Shown in pieces: positions 25,933 to 35,052 of a stretch of 42,203 nt of DNA (its first letter is position 1; each line of letters begins with the position of its first letter). Source of the DNA: a bacterium (lineage in GTDB: Bacteria; Bacillota_I; Bacilli_A; Acholeplasmatales; Anaeroplasmataceae); contig CAVAIM010000001.1 of NCBI GenBank assembly GCA_963588755.1, positions 1 to 42,203 on the forward strand, written 5' to 3'. The position numbers were made by a program, and so were the translations under genes. Under the pieces are notes generated by a model. That model was not told where the DNA came from and ran no database searches. It worked only from the letters and a program-made list of their open reading frames with translations.

Positions 25933-26935
25933 TATTACAATTGGTCAATATATCCCTCTAAATACATGGATTTATAAATTGGATCCTCGTGTTAAAATCT
26001 TACTTACTATTTTCTGGATAGTTATATTATTCTTAGTACCAGTAAATAATATTTATGCAATGTTAACAGCTTTAGCAGTTATGGTTATTATTACTCTATC
26101 TACTCGTGTACCATTTATGAAAATGGTTAAAGGTATGAAACCAGTACTATTCTTAATGTTATTTACTTTCTTCTTACAAATAGTTTATTATGACCCTTCT
26201 AGAGGTGGAGAACTACTCGGAAGTGCTAATTTTACATTTGGTTTATATCCATTATTAATAATTATATTACTTGCACTACTTTATTTATTCACATCAAAGT
26301 TTGTAAGCTTTAAATTAATATATTTAATCTTAATTGTAGCGTTGTGCTTTGTAGTACAATCAGATTATATTTTAAACAAACTAAATTTAAATTTCTTAAT
26401 TGATAATGTTAAGTTTGGCTCATATACTATAAGTATCTATGATCAAGCACTAAATAACGCTACTAGTATTGTTATAAGAATTATTTGTATGATTATGATT
26501 ACTTCACTGTTAACATTTACAACGCGTTATCAAGAAATTAATCAAGGCTTTACCGCAATACTATCTCCACTTAAGATATTTAAGTTTCCTGTAGGTACAT
26601 TTGCGATGATGTTATCACTTTCATTACGTTTTATTCCTACATTAGTAGAAGAAACTGAGAAAATCATGAAAGCTCAAAGTTCTCGTGGTGTTGATTTTAA
26701 TGAAGGTAGTCTTAAACAAAAAGTAAATCAAATTATATCATTACTTGTTCCTCTATTTGTAGTTTCATTTAGAAAAGCTGATGATTTAGCTAATGCAATG
26801 GAAGCTAGAGGATATGTAATGGATCAAAAGAGAACTAGCGTAGATCTTCTTAAGTTAAGTTATAGAGATTTAATAGTTAGTATTATTTCAGTATTAGTGT
26901 TAGTGGGTGTTATTTTTGCAAGAATCTACTTATAA
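25925..26935 (+). CDS. ecfT: energy-coupling factor transporter transmembrane subunit EcfT (elongated, 336 aa)
   Basis: A polytopic protein with the two coupling-helix Ala-Arg-Gly-type motifs (KAQSSRGVDF, AMEARGY), in the position after ecfA1A2. Confidence 0.88.
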   Translation: MNSITIGQYIPLNTWIYKLDPRVKILLTIFWIVILFLVPVNNIYAMLTALAVMVIITLSTRVPFMKMVKGMKPVLFLMLFTFFLQIVYYDPSRGGELLGSANFTFGLYPLLIIILLALLYLFTSKFVSFKLIYLILIVALCFVVQSDYILNKLNLNFLIDNVKFGSYTISIYDQALNNATSIVIRIICMIMITSLLTFTTRYQEINQGFTAILSPLKIFKFPVGTFAMMLSLSLRFIPTLVEETEKIMKAQSSRGVDFNEGSLKQKVNQIISLLVPLFVVSFRKADDLANAMEARGYVMDQKRTSVDLLKLSYRDLIVSIISVLVLVGVIFARIYL

Positions 26936-27665
26936 ATATAATATTAAATGTATAGTTGAATATGATGGTTCTATGTATCAAGGTTTTCAAATTCAACCTA
27001 ATGGAGATACTATTGAGGCTCATATTCTAGAAGTACTTAGATTAATATTAAGAGAAGATGTAAAGATAAGCGCATCCGGCAGAACAGATGCAAAAGTACA
27101 CGCAAGAGGTCAAGTGTTTAATTTTTATACTAATAAGAATATACCACTTGAAAAACTTAAATACGCAATGAATAATCAATTGCCATTGGATATTAGAATT
27201 AAATCAATAGAATATGTATCAAGTGACTTTCACGCTAGATTTAGCGCTGTAAAGAAAGAATATAGATACTATATTAAGACTAGTGAATTAAATGCATTTG
27301 AACATAATTATTATGATTATCAAAGAAATTTAGATATTAATTTACTTAAAAATGGTTTAGAATTATTAAAGGGAACACATAATTTTGAAGGATTTTGTTC
27401 TGTTGATGTTGATAAGAGAAAAGATTTCAATAAAACTATATATGAAACAAAATTAAATGTGTTTGATAATTATTTAGAATTTGTATTTATAGGATCAGGA
27501 TTCTTAAAATATCAAATTAGGCGTATGATGGCGCTATTAATTGCAGTTGCAAAAGGTGAAGAGGATTTGGGTTTAATAAGTGTAATACTTGAAACTAAAA
27601 ATCCACTTCTTTATACAAAAGTTGCTAACCCATCTGGGTTATATTTAGAGAAAGTTTATTATTAG
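26907..27665 (+). CDS. truA: tRNA pseudouridine(38-40) synthase TruA
   Basis: IVEYDGSMYQGFQIQPN and ASGRTDAKVHARGQV (catalytic Asp). The start is uncertain: GTG 26907 or in-frame TTG 26916. Both overlap the end of ecfT. Confidence 0.9.
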   Translation: MLFLQESTYKYNIKCIVEYDGSMYQGFQIQPNGDTIEAHILEVLRLILREDVKISASGRTDAKVHARGQVFNFYTNKNIPLEKLKYAMNNQLPLDIRIKSIEYVSSDFHARFSAVKKEYRYYIKTSELNAFEHNYYDYQRNLDINLLKNGLELLKGTHNFEGFCSVDVDKRKDFNKTIYETKLNVFDNYLEFVFIGSGFLKYQIRRMMALLIAVAKGEEDLGLISVILETKNPLLYTKVANPSGLYLEKVYY

Positions 27666-27676
27666 AGGTGTTTATT

Positions 27677-28300
27677 ATGAGCTACAATAAATTCATTACA
27701 TTTGAAGGTGGAGAAGGAAGCGGAAAAACTAGCATTATCAATAAGTTAGTTCCACTTCTTGAAAAAGACGGACTTACTTGCCTTACCTCAAGAGAACCAG
27801 GAGGAGTAGTCATTGCGGAAAAGATTAGAGAAATCATTCTTGACCCTGAAAATACTCAAATGTGTTATGAGACAGAAGCATTACTATTTGCAGCTAGCCG
27901 TATGCAACACCTTAAGGAAAAGATTATACCTGCACTAGAAGATAATAAACTAGTTATATGTGATAGATATTTAGATTCATCTTTAGTATATCAAGGTATT
28001 TGTCGTGGTCTTGGTATTGAAAAGGTAAAGACTGTTAACTCATTCGCATGTGACTACATGCCAAGTATTACATTCTTTATTGATGTAACTCCTGAAGTTG
28101 GTTTAGCAAGACTTAAAAATAGAGAAGGTAAGATTGATAGATTAGATCAAGAAAAACTTGATTTCCATAATAAGATTTATAATGGATATATTGAATTATC
28201 TAAACTATATCCTGAAAGAATAAAAAGAATTGATGGAATGAGAGATATAGATTTAATTGTTAAAGATATTTATAATTATATAAAGGAAATATTAGATTAG
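27677..28300 (+). CDS. tmk: thymidylate kinase
   Basis: FITFEGGEGSGKTS P-loop and DRYLDSSLVYQG. ATG 27677 lies 8 nt after AGAGG and is preferred to the track GTG 27668. Confidence 0.93.
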   Translation: MSYNKFITFEGGEGSGKTSIINKLVPLLEKDGLTCLTSREPGGVVIAEKIREIILDPENTQMCYETEALLFAASRMQHLKEKIIPALEDNKLVICDRYLDSSLVYQGICRGLGIEKVKTVNSFACDYMPSITFFIDVTPEVGLARLKNREGKIDRLDQEKLDFHNKIYNGYIELSKLYPERIKRIDGMRDIDLIVKDIYNYIKEILD

Positions 28301-28305
28301 TATTT

Positions 28306-29262
28306 ATGGATTTAGAATTGTTAAATAATCAAAAAAACTTAATACAATTCTTAAATAATGCATATTCAAAATCAAGACTTAATCATGCATATATTTTTGA
28401 AGGAGAAGAAGGCGTTGGTAAGAATGAATTAGCACATTACTTTGCGTGTATGCTATATTCTGATTCAAGCGTAGATTTAGGCTCTAATTCTTCAAGACTT
28501 ATATTAAATGATGAGCATTTAAATGTAGTTACTATAAATCCTGATGGTAAAAATATTAAGAAAGACCAAATTAAAGATCTTCAAGAAGAATTCTCTAAGA
28601 CAAGTTTAGTTAAAGGACCTAGAGTATATATAATTAATGATGCGGATAAGATGAATATATCTAGTCAAAACTCACTACTTAAATTCATTGAAGAGCCTAG
28701 TCCTAATATCTATGGTATATTATGTACTACAAATTCTTCTGGCCTACTTCCTACTATTTTATCAAGATGCCAAGTACTTACTTTAAATAGTCTTAATCCT
28801 AAAACTTTAGAGAGTATTTATTCTAAAGAAATTAGTGATAAGAGGGTATGTTTATTATTGTCCCTTATTACAAATAATAAACAAGAAGCTTTAGAATTAA
28901 GTAAGAATCCATATTTATTAAAGATGTTTGAATTATTTAATAAGTTCTTTAATATTAAATCAGATAAAGATAGAATTGAATATTTCACTGAAGTTCAAAG
29001 ATTGATTACTGATATTAAAATATATAATTATTTTATTAAATTATTAATATATGCATATGAAGACATGTTACATTTATCTATTGGTAATTTAAATATTAAC
29101 TTAGATAAGTATGCAGATAAATTAACGAAATATAGTGAAAGTAAGAATGAGAGTGATATATTAAGTGGACTAGAACTTTTATATAAAGTATCTAAGGAAT
29201 TAAATTATTCTAATGTAACACTTAAGAATATTACTACATTACTTATGTTTAACTTAAAGTAG
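28306..29262 (+). CDS. holB: DNA polymerase III subunit delta-prime
   Basis: SRLNHAYIFEGEEGVGK and ILSRCQVL motifs, and its position after tmk. Confidence 0.88.
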   Translation: MDLELLNNQKNLIQFLNNAYSKSRLNHAYIFEGEEGVGKNELAHYFACMLYSDSSVDLGSNSSRLILNDEHLNVVTINPDGKNIKKDQIKDLQEEFSKTSLVKGPRVYIINDADKMNISSQNSLLKFIEEPSPNIYGILCTTNSSGLLPTILSRCQVLTLNSLNPKTLESIYSKEISDKRVCLLLSLITNNKQEALELSKNPYLLKMFELFNKFFNIKSDKDRIEYFTEVQRLITDIKIYNYFIKLLIYAYEDMLHLSIGNLNINLDKYADKLTKYSESKNESDILSGLELLYKVSKELNYSNVTLKNITTLLMFNLK

Positions 29263-29270
29263 AGGTGCTT

Positions 29271-30113
29271 ATGAAAGCAATTAGAGTACAATTTAAAAAG
29301 ACAGGCAAAAGATATTATTTTTCTCCTGGTAAATATCAAATTAAGAGCGGTGATTATGTAGTAGTAAACACTATTCATGGTATTGAAGTGGGTATTGTTA
29401 GTGGAGATATAATTGATGTTGATATGAAATCTTTAGAGTCTGAACTTAAAGAAATCATTCGTCCTGCAACAGAAGAAGATATTAAAAATAATAAAGCTAA
29501 TCAAGAACTATCTAGTGAGGTTATTTCTTCAGTTAAAGGTTTTGTTAAGCAAGTAGGTCTAGATATAAAGATTTTACAAGCTGAATATACACTAGATAAA
29601 GCTAAACTTACTATCTATTTTGAATCTGAAGATAGAATTGATTTTAGAGAATTAGTTAGACTTATTGCAGATAAATACCATACTAGAATTGAAATGAGAC
29701 AAGTGGGTTCTAGAGATGGCGCAAAAGAAATCGGTGGAATAGGTCCTTGTGGACTTGTAATGTGCTGTAAGACATTCTTAACTGAGTTTTCTAATGTATC
29801 TATTAAGATGGCTAAGAATCAAGGATTGTCACTTAACCCTACTAAGATATCAGGTAACTGTGGAAAACTACTTTGTTGCATAAGTTATGAGAATGACTTC
29901 TATACAAAGTTAAGAGAGAATGCACCTGATATTAATGATATTGTAGAAGCTGAAAAAGGTGAAGCTAAGGTACTTGCGGTTGACGTATTAAATAGAACAT
30001 GTAAGATTAAATATCTAGCTGATGAATCATTTGCTTACCCTCATTTTGAAGAATTAAAGCTTATTAGAAAACGTAAGAATTTTAGTCAAAATGATACTAG
30101 AAAGGATAAATAA
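29271..30113 (+). CDS. ricT: PSP1-domain regulatory iron-sulfur protein RicT (YaaT)
   Basis: It is close to B. subtilis YaaT as I recall it: VQFKKTGKRYYF, GGIGPCGLVMCCKTFL, SIKMAKNQGLSLNPTKISGNCGKLLCC. The start is ATG 29271. Confidence 0.9.
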   Translation: MKAIRVQFKKTGKRYYFSPGKYQIKSGDYVVVNTIHGIEVGIVSGDIIDVDMKSLESELKEIIRPATEEDIKNNKANQELSSEVISSVKGFVKQVGLDIKILQAEYTLDKAKLTIYFESEDRIDFRELVRLIADKYHTRIEMRQVGSRDGAKEIGGIGPCGLVMCCKTFLTEFSNVSIKMAKNQGLSLNPTKISGNCGKLLCCISYENDFYTKLRENAPDINDIVEAEKGEAKVLAVDVLNRTCKIKYLADESFAYPHFEELKLIRKRKNFSQNDTRKDK

Positions 30114-30850
30114 TGATTGAATTACATGAACTACTTGGTATAGAAAAATTAAAGATATATCAAGATAGTGAATTAAATCCTTTCTCAATTGATTCAAATT
30201 TACTTGCCTATTTTGTTACAATAAAAAAAGGTACTACACAAATATTAGATTTAGGTTGTGGTAACGCACCTATACCTTTGTATTTAACACTTAGAACAAA
30301 TGCCCATATCACTGGTATTGAAATTCAAAAATCAATATATGAATTAGGCTTAAAAAGTGTTAAAATAAATATGAAGGAAGATCAAATAACTTTAATTAAT
30401 GATGATTTAAAGAATATAAATAACTACTTTAAACCAAAAAACTTTGATGTAGTTGTGTCTAATCCTCCGTTTTTTAAAGTAACTGATACTTCTCATATTA
30501 ATCCAAATGAGGCGAAAGCTATCGCTCGTCATGAGTTATTAACTAATCTTGATGAGATTGTAAAAACATCTAGTAGCCTGTTAAAAGACTTAGGTGTGTT
30601 TGCGCTAGTGCATAGACCTGAAAGATTGTCTGAGATTATCTCAACTATGATTAAATATCATATTGAACCTAAGAGAATTAGATTTGTATATCCTAATGAA
30701 TCAGCAGAGTCAAATATGGTATTAATTGAAGGTGTAAAGTGCGCTAAAAATGGCGGATTAAAAGTATTAAAGCCTTTATATATTCATCCTACTCAAGATA
30801 TAAATAAGGATGAAATTTTAGATATATATAACGGGGTAATAAAGGAGTAG
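30113..30850 (+). CDS. trmN6: SAM-dependent N6-adenine methyltransferase, YabB/TrmN6-like (tRNA1(Val) m6A37)
   Basis: SAM motif ILDLGCGNA and catalytic NPPFF. It holds the syntenic position between ricT and rsmI, as yabB does in Bacillus. Confidence 0.7.
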   Translation: MIELHELLGIEKLKIYQDSELNPFSIDSNLLAYFVTIKKGTTQILDLGCGNAPIPLYLTLRTNAHITGIEIQKSIYELGLKSVKINMKEDQITLINDDLKNINNYFKPKNFDVVVSNPPFFKVTDTSHINPNEAKAIARHELLTNLDEIVKTSSSLLKDLGVFALVHRPERLSEIISTMIKYHIEPKRIRFVYPNESAESNMVLIEGVKCAKNGGLKVLKPLYIHPTQDINKDEILDIYNGVIKE

Positions 30851-30855
30851 ATATT

Positions 30856-31266
30856 ATGTTTTTAAGTTTATTAAGTAGAAAAGAACAATTAAAATTTTTA
30901 GATTTAGCTATCTATATGATTGACGTAGACGGTGATCCTTCTGATGCAGAAGTAAGATTAATGTCTAAGATTAGAGGAGAATTAGGTAGAGAAGTTGTAG
31001 ATGAATATACATTCGCAAAATCAAAGAGTGTAGAAGAATCTATCGAATTCTTTAAGGATAAGGCTGATGTAGTTAAGAACATTGTATATATTAATCTTGT
31101 AGAGATTTCTATGCTTGAAGATTTATATAATACAAGTGAACATGCATTCCTTGAAAAGATTCAAAAGGCTTTCCCTATTTCTCAAGAAAAGAGAAGACAA
31201 TTAATTGGTATTGTTTACGATATGCGTGATATTAAGGAAAGAGCTTTAAGAGAGATTAAATACTAA
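30856..31266 (+). CDS. small TerB-like (tellurite-resistance TerB/DjlA N-domain-like) protein, function unknown
   Basis: LKFLDLAIYMIDVDGDPSDAEVRLM resembles the TerB-type (A/V)DG..x.E helix pair. This is a weak call made by eye only. Confidence 0.4.
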   Translation: MFLSLLSRKEQLKFLDLAIYMIDVDGDPSDAEVRLMSKIRGELGREVVDEYTFAKSKSVEESIEFFKDKADVVKNIVYINLVEISMLEDLYNTSEHAFLEKIQKAFPISQEKRRQLIGIVYDMRDIKERALREIKY

Positions 31267-32120
31267 TGAAACGTATTTATTCTTATTCTAGTGATAAAGG
31301 TATATTGTATTTAGTCGCAACTCCAATCGGTAATCTATCCGATATGACTTATAGAGCTGTAGAAACTCTAAAGAGTGTTGACGTAATATATGCTGAAGAT
31401 ACTAGAAATTCTATATTCTTACTTAAACATTTCGATATTAATACTAAACTTTTAAGTTATCATGAATTCAATAAGGAATTAAAAGAAGAGGAAATTATTA
31501 ATAGACTAAAGAATGGTGAGAACGTTGCGATTATATCTGATGCAGGACTTCCTGTAATATCTGACCCTGGTTATGATATTGCGGTTGCATGTATCAAAAA
31601 TGATATTCCTGTTACACCAATTCCAGGTGCTTCAGCTGGAATATCTGGATTAATTGCTTCTGGTATCAAACCTCAACCTTTCACTTTTGTAGGTTTTTTA
31701 GATAGTAAAACTACTAAGAGAAAGAAAGAGTTAGAAGAGCTTAAGTATTTAAAGTCTACTATAATATTCCATGAAGCTCCTCATAGAATTAAAGAGTGTC
31801 TGATAGACATGGAGGAAGTTCTAGGAGATAGATATATTTGTATTGCAAGAGAACTTACTAAAAAGTATGAGGAATTTATTAGAGGTAATATTTCTGAAAT
31901 ATTAGAATCCGTTGAATCTATTAAGGGTGAGATGGTTGTAATAGTTGAAGGATATAAAGAAGAAGCTATATCAAAAGATCCTATGAGTGAAATAGAATCT
32001 CTTATAAATTTAGGTTATAAGCCTAAAGAGGCTATTAAAGAAGTAGCTTCGATGCTAAATTTAAATAAACAAGATTTATATAAACAATATATAAATTATA
32101 AAGAAACAGGTAAAGACTAA
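31266..32120 (+). CDS. rsmI: 16S rRNA (cytidine1402-2'-O)-methyltransferase
   Basis: ILYLVATPIGNLSDMTYRAVETLKSVDVIYAEDTR and ISDAGLPVISDPG. Confidence 0.93.
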   Translation: MKRIYSYSSDKGILYLVATPIGNLSDMTYRAVETLKSVDVIYAEDTRNSIFLLKHFDINTKLLSYHEFNKELKEEEIINRLKNGENVAIISDAGLPVISDPGYDIAVACIKNDIPVTPIPGASAGISGLIASGIKPQPFTFVGFLDSKTTKRKKELEELKYLKSTIIFHEAPHRIKECLIDMEEVLGDRYICIARELTKKYEEFIRGNISEILESVESIKGEMVVIVEGYKEEAISKDPMSEIESLINLGYKPKEAIKEVASMLNLNKQDLYKQYINYKETGKD

Positions 32121-32140
32121 TTTTACTTGTTTTTTTCTTT
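32104..32140 (+). terminator. rho-independent terminator overlapping the rsmI stop
   Basis: AAACAGGTAAA (32104-32114) pairs with TTTACTTGTTT (32122-32132) with one G-U pair, followed by a T-run. Confidence 0.55.
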
Positions 32141-32186
32141 ATTTAGCTAGTATTTACTAAATTTTATTTCATTTGTTGAAAATGTA

Positions 32187-32195
32187 TGTTATAAT
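32187..32195 (+). promoter_or_regulatory. extended -10 element TGtTATAAT
   Basis: TG at 32187-32188 and TATAAT at 32190-32195. No convincing -35 was found. Confidence 0.4.
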
Positions 32196-32250
32196 GTCAT
32201 GTATGTAAGCGCTATTATAATTGAAAAAGATAAAGAAAGAGGAAGTAGTT

Positions 32251-34953
32251 ATGAGTTTGAATTTGGATACGTTTTTAAAATCGTTTGGATGTACCTTATC
32301 CGTTGTAGATACTAATAGTAAAAAAATATTAGAAGCTACTTTTGATGATGGAACTAGCGCAAAAGATATTGATTACTATACTTTTGCGAATAAGATAATT
32401 GAACTTGAAAATATAAAACCTGAAAGCATTGATATAAATCAATATATTACTTGGGTTAATAAGACTCAAGAAGATTCATCTTTAGTCATCAAATGTGAAA
32501 CTAAACAAGGTAAGGAAGAGAGATTTAAGTTTAGAATAACTAAGCCTAATAACGGATTACGTTCACTTGTAATTTATAAGATGAGCTTAAGCTCAGAAAC
32601 AACACTAATAGTAGATCCTTTGACAGGTCTTTATATGAAGAATGGTATGATGACTGTTGTTTCAAAGGAATTAGTAAGTACAAAACCAAGAGACTTTAGT
32701 TTAATTGTTATTGATATTGATAATTTCAAATCTATTAATGATATGTATGGTCACTTATTCGGTGATTATATTTTAAAAGAAGTATCATCTGTTTTTAAGA
32801 AGCATTTTAGTGATGCATATATCGGTAGAATTGGTGGTGATGAATTCTTAATTATTGATTTTAAGAGTCATGATTATAATTCTATTTGGAATACTATGCA
32901 TAACTTATATAACGAGATTAGAACATATGATTTTACTCAGAATATTGATTCATCTTTAGAAGAGAAGATGGATAAAGATTTTGATATTAAGAATTTTAAA
33001 CTTACTTTAACTAGTGGTATTGTTCGTTACCCTGTAGACGGTAAGGTATATGATGATTTATTTGGTAAAGCAGATAAGGCGTTATATAGAGGTAAGAAGA
33101 AGGGTAAGGATTGTTTTATTATTTATAAACAAGATTTACACGCTAATATTGTTGTAGAAAAGAATAATACTGAATTCGGTCAAAGAGATATTATTATATT
33201 TGAATCTATTATTAATGCATTTTTAACTCAACTTGAAACAGGAGATTCCTTTGAAGAAACAGTTAAGAGAGCTTTAAAGATTATTGCAAATTATTTCCAA
33301 CTTGATAGAATTTGCATGTATAAGAAGAGTAGAATATTTAGTGAAGACTTAATTACTTACTATGCAAGTGAAGATTGTCCTTTAGCACAAGATTTAACTC
33401 ATCACGCTACATTAAGTGAAGATGAGGTTAGTGTATTAGATTTTGATAGAGTGATTAAGAGAACTGATGTAGAGCATTTAAAGAAATGGCCTAAGATATA
33501 TAAGTTCTTTAAGAGTCTAAATATTAAATCATTTGTACATCTACCACTTATTTATAATGATACTGTATATGGTTATGTTAGATTTGATATGGTATCAGAA
33601 AATAAAACATTTAATGAAGAAGAACTTATTTTCTATAAGATTATAAGTAAGATATTATCTCTATATTTATATACTTATACTATTAATGGAGATAAGATGT
33701 TATTCTTAAAGGATAACTTAACAGGACTTGACGACTTTAATACAGCTATATCTAAACTTCAAAGAAAGTTAATGTCATCTAAAGAAAAGACAGTTATCTT
33801 GTACTCTGATTTCTATAAGTTTAGATTCTTTAATGATAACTTTGGATATGAAACAGGAGATTTAGTATTAAAATTACTTGCACAAACTATTAATAATTCA
33901 AACTTTGATATAACTTCAAGACTTAATGGAGACCATTTCATGGTTACATTTGAATATAAGTCTGATAGTGATGTTATAGAGCGTGTTGAACAATATATAA
34001 ATGATGTAAAGAAAGAATTAGTACATATTGATGGTACTAGTGCTCTTAACTTCTTAGTAGGAGTTTATGTTACATCAGGCTTTGAAGATAATGCAAAATC
34101 ATGTCTTGATAAAGCTAGACAAGCTTTAATTAGTCTTGAACAAAGCCAACATACATTATCTTATAAGGTTTATGATACTACACTAAATCAAGAATATAAG
34201 AGAAATAAGAATATTATTTCTAACTTTGAATCAAGCTTAAAGAATGGTGATTTTAAGATTTATTTACAACCAAAGTTTGATGCGAAAACTGATACTTTAA
34301 TCGGTGCTGAGGCATTAACCCGTTGGCAATTAAATGGGAAAATCATGCCACCAGACTCTTATATTCCTCTATTAGAAGAATATAATCTAATTGAATTCTT
34401 AGACTTATATGTTTTCTCTAAGGTAATGAAATTATTAAAGAGATTAAAAGAAGAAAATATTAAGCAAATACCTATTTCAGTAAATGTATCTAAGAATGTA
34501 AGTAATATTTTAGATTATGTTGATAGAATAGAAGAATTAAGAAAAGAATATGATATTGATTCTAAGTATATTGAAATAGAATTTACTGAATCAATTATTA
34601 ATTATGATGAAGATACTGTTGCGAAAGCAATTCATAAATTAAAAGATTTAGGTTATAAAATTGACATGGATGACTTTGGTAAAGGTTCTAGTAATTTAGA
34701 ATTATTATCTCGTGATTTATTTGATGTAATAAAACTAGATAAATCATTAACGCAAAGAAAATCTCCTAATGATAGTATTTTAACTCATGTAGTAGCGCTA
34801 ATTAAGGCATTAGAGTTAGATATTGTTTGTGAAGGTGTTGAAACTGAGGAAGATAAGAATAGAATAATTAAAGCTGGTGCTAGAATTATTCAAGGTTATT
34901 ATTATTCTAAACCAATACCTAGTGAAGAATTTGAAGATAAATATTTGAAATAG
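32251..34953 (+). CDS. multidomain c-di-GMP protein: unknown N-domain, GGDEF, GAF-like, degenerate GGDEF, EAL
   Basis: GGDEF at 32833-32847, degenerate NGDHF at 33925-33939 and EAL at 34309-34317. The full EAL catalytic set is present (SVNVS, EFTE, DDFGKG, KLDK, EGVETEE, QGYYYSKP). ATG 32251 after AGAGGA is preferred to the track TTG 32221. Confidence 0.88.
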   Translation: MSLNLDTFLKSFGCTLSVVDTNSKKILEATFDDGTSAKDIDYYTFANKIIELENIKPESIDINQYITWVNKTQEDSSLVIKCETKQGKEERFKFRITKPNNGLRSLVIYKMSLSSETTLIVDPLTGLYMKNGMMTVVSKELVSTKPRDFSLIVIDIDNFKSINDMYGHLFGDYILKEVSSVFKKHFSDAYIGRIGGDEFLIIDFKSHDYNSIWNTMHNLYNEIRTYDFTQNIDSSLEEKMDKDFDIKNFKLTLTSGIVRYPVDGKVYDDLFGKADKALYRGKKKGKDCFIIYKQDLHANIVVEKNNTEFGQRDIIIFESIINAFLTQLETGDSFEETVKRALKIIANYFQLDRICMYKKSRIFSEDLITYYASEDCPLAQDLTHHATLSEDEVSVLDFDRVIKRTDVEHLKKWPKIYKFFKSLNIKSFVHLPLIYNDTVYGYVRFDMVSENKTFNEEELIFYKIISKILSLYLYTYTINGDKMLFLKDNLTGLDDFNTAISKLQRKLMSSKEKTVILYSDFYKFRFFNDNFGYETGDLVLKLLAQTINNSNFDITSRLNGDHFMVTFEYKSDSDVIERVEQYINDVKKELVHIDGTSALNFLVGVYVTSGFEDNAKSCLDKARQALISLEQSQHTLSYKVYDTTLNQEYKRNKNIISNFESSLKNGDFKIYLQPKFDAKTDTLIGAEALTRWQLNGKIMPPDSYIPLLEEYNLIEFLDLYVFSKVMKLLKRLKEENIKQIPISVNVSKNVSNILDYVDRIEELRKEYDIDSKYIEIEFTESIINYDEDTVAKAIHKLKDLGYKIDMDDFGKGSSNLELLSRDLFDVIKLDKSLTQRKSPNDSILTHVVALIKALELDIVCEGVETEEDKNRIIKAGARIIQGYYYSKPIPSEEFEDKYLK

Positions 34954-34962
34954 ATGTAAAAT

Positions 34963-34990
34963 GATAGCTTTTAGCTATCGTTTTATTTCG
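34963..34990 (+). terminator. rho-independent terminator
   Basis: GATAGCT (34963-34969) pairs with AGCTATC (34973-34979), followed by GTTTTATTT. Confidence 0.6.
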
Positions 34991-34997
34991 TTAGAGA

Positions 34998-35026
34998 TTG
35001 TTTAAAATGTTATATTTTAGTATAAT
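34998..35026 (+). promoter_or_regulatory. sigma-A promoter of metG (TTGTTT-17 nt-TATAAT)
   Basis: -35 TTGTTT at 34998-35003 and -10 TATAAT at 35021-35026. Confidence 0.55.
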
Positions 35027-35052
35027 ATTAGAAGTAAGAAATGAGGGATATT

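Noticed and set aside
34954-35052. T-box or other riboswitch leader upstream of metG
   Set aside because: Only about 25 nt lie between the predicted -10 and the SD. That is far too short for a T-box (over 200 nt), and no specifier or antiterminator features are visible.
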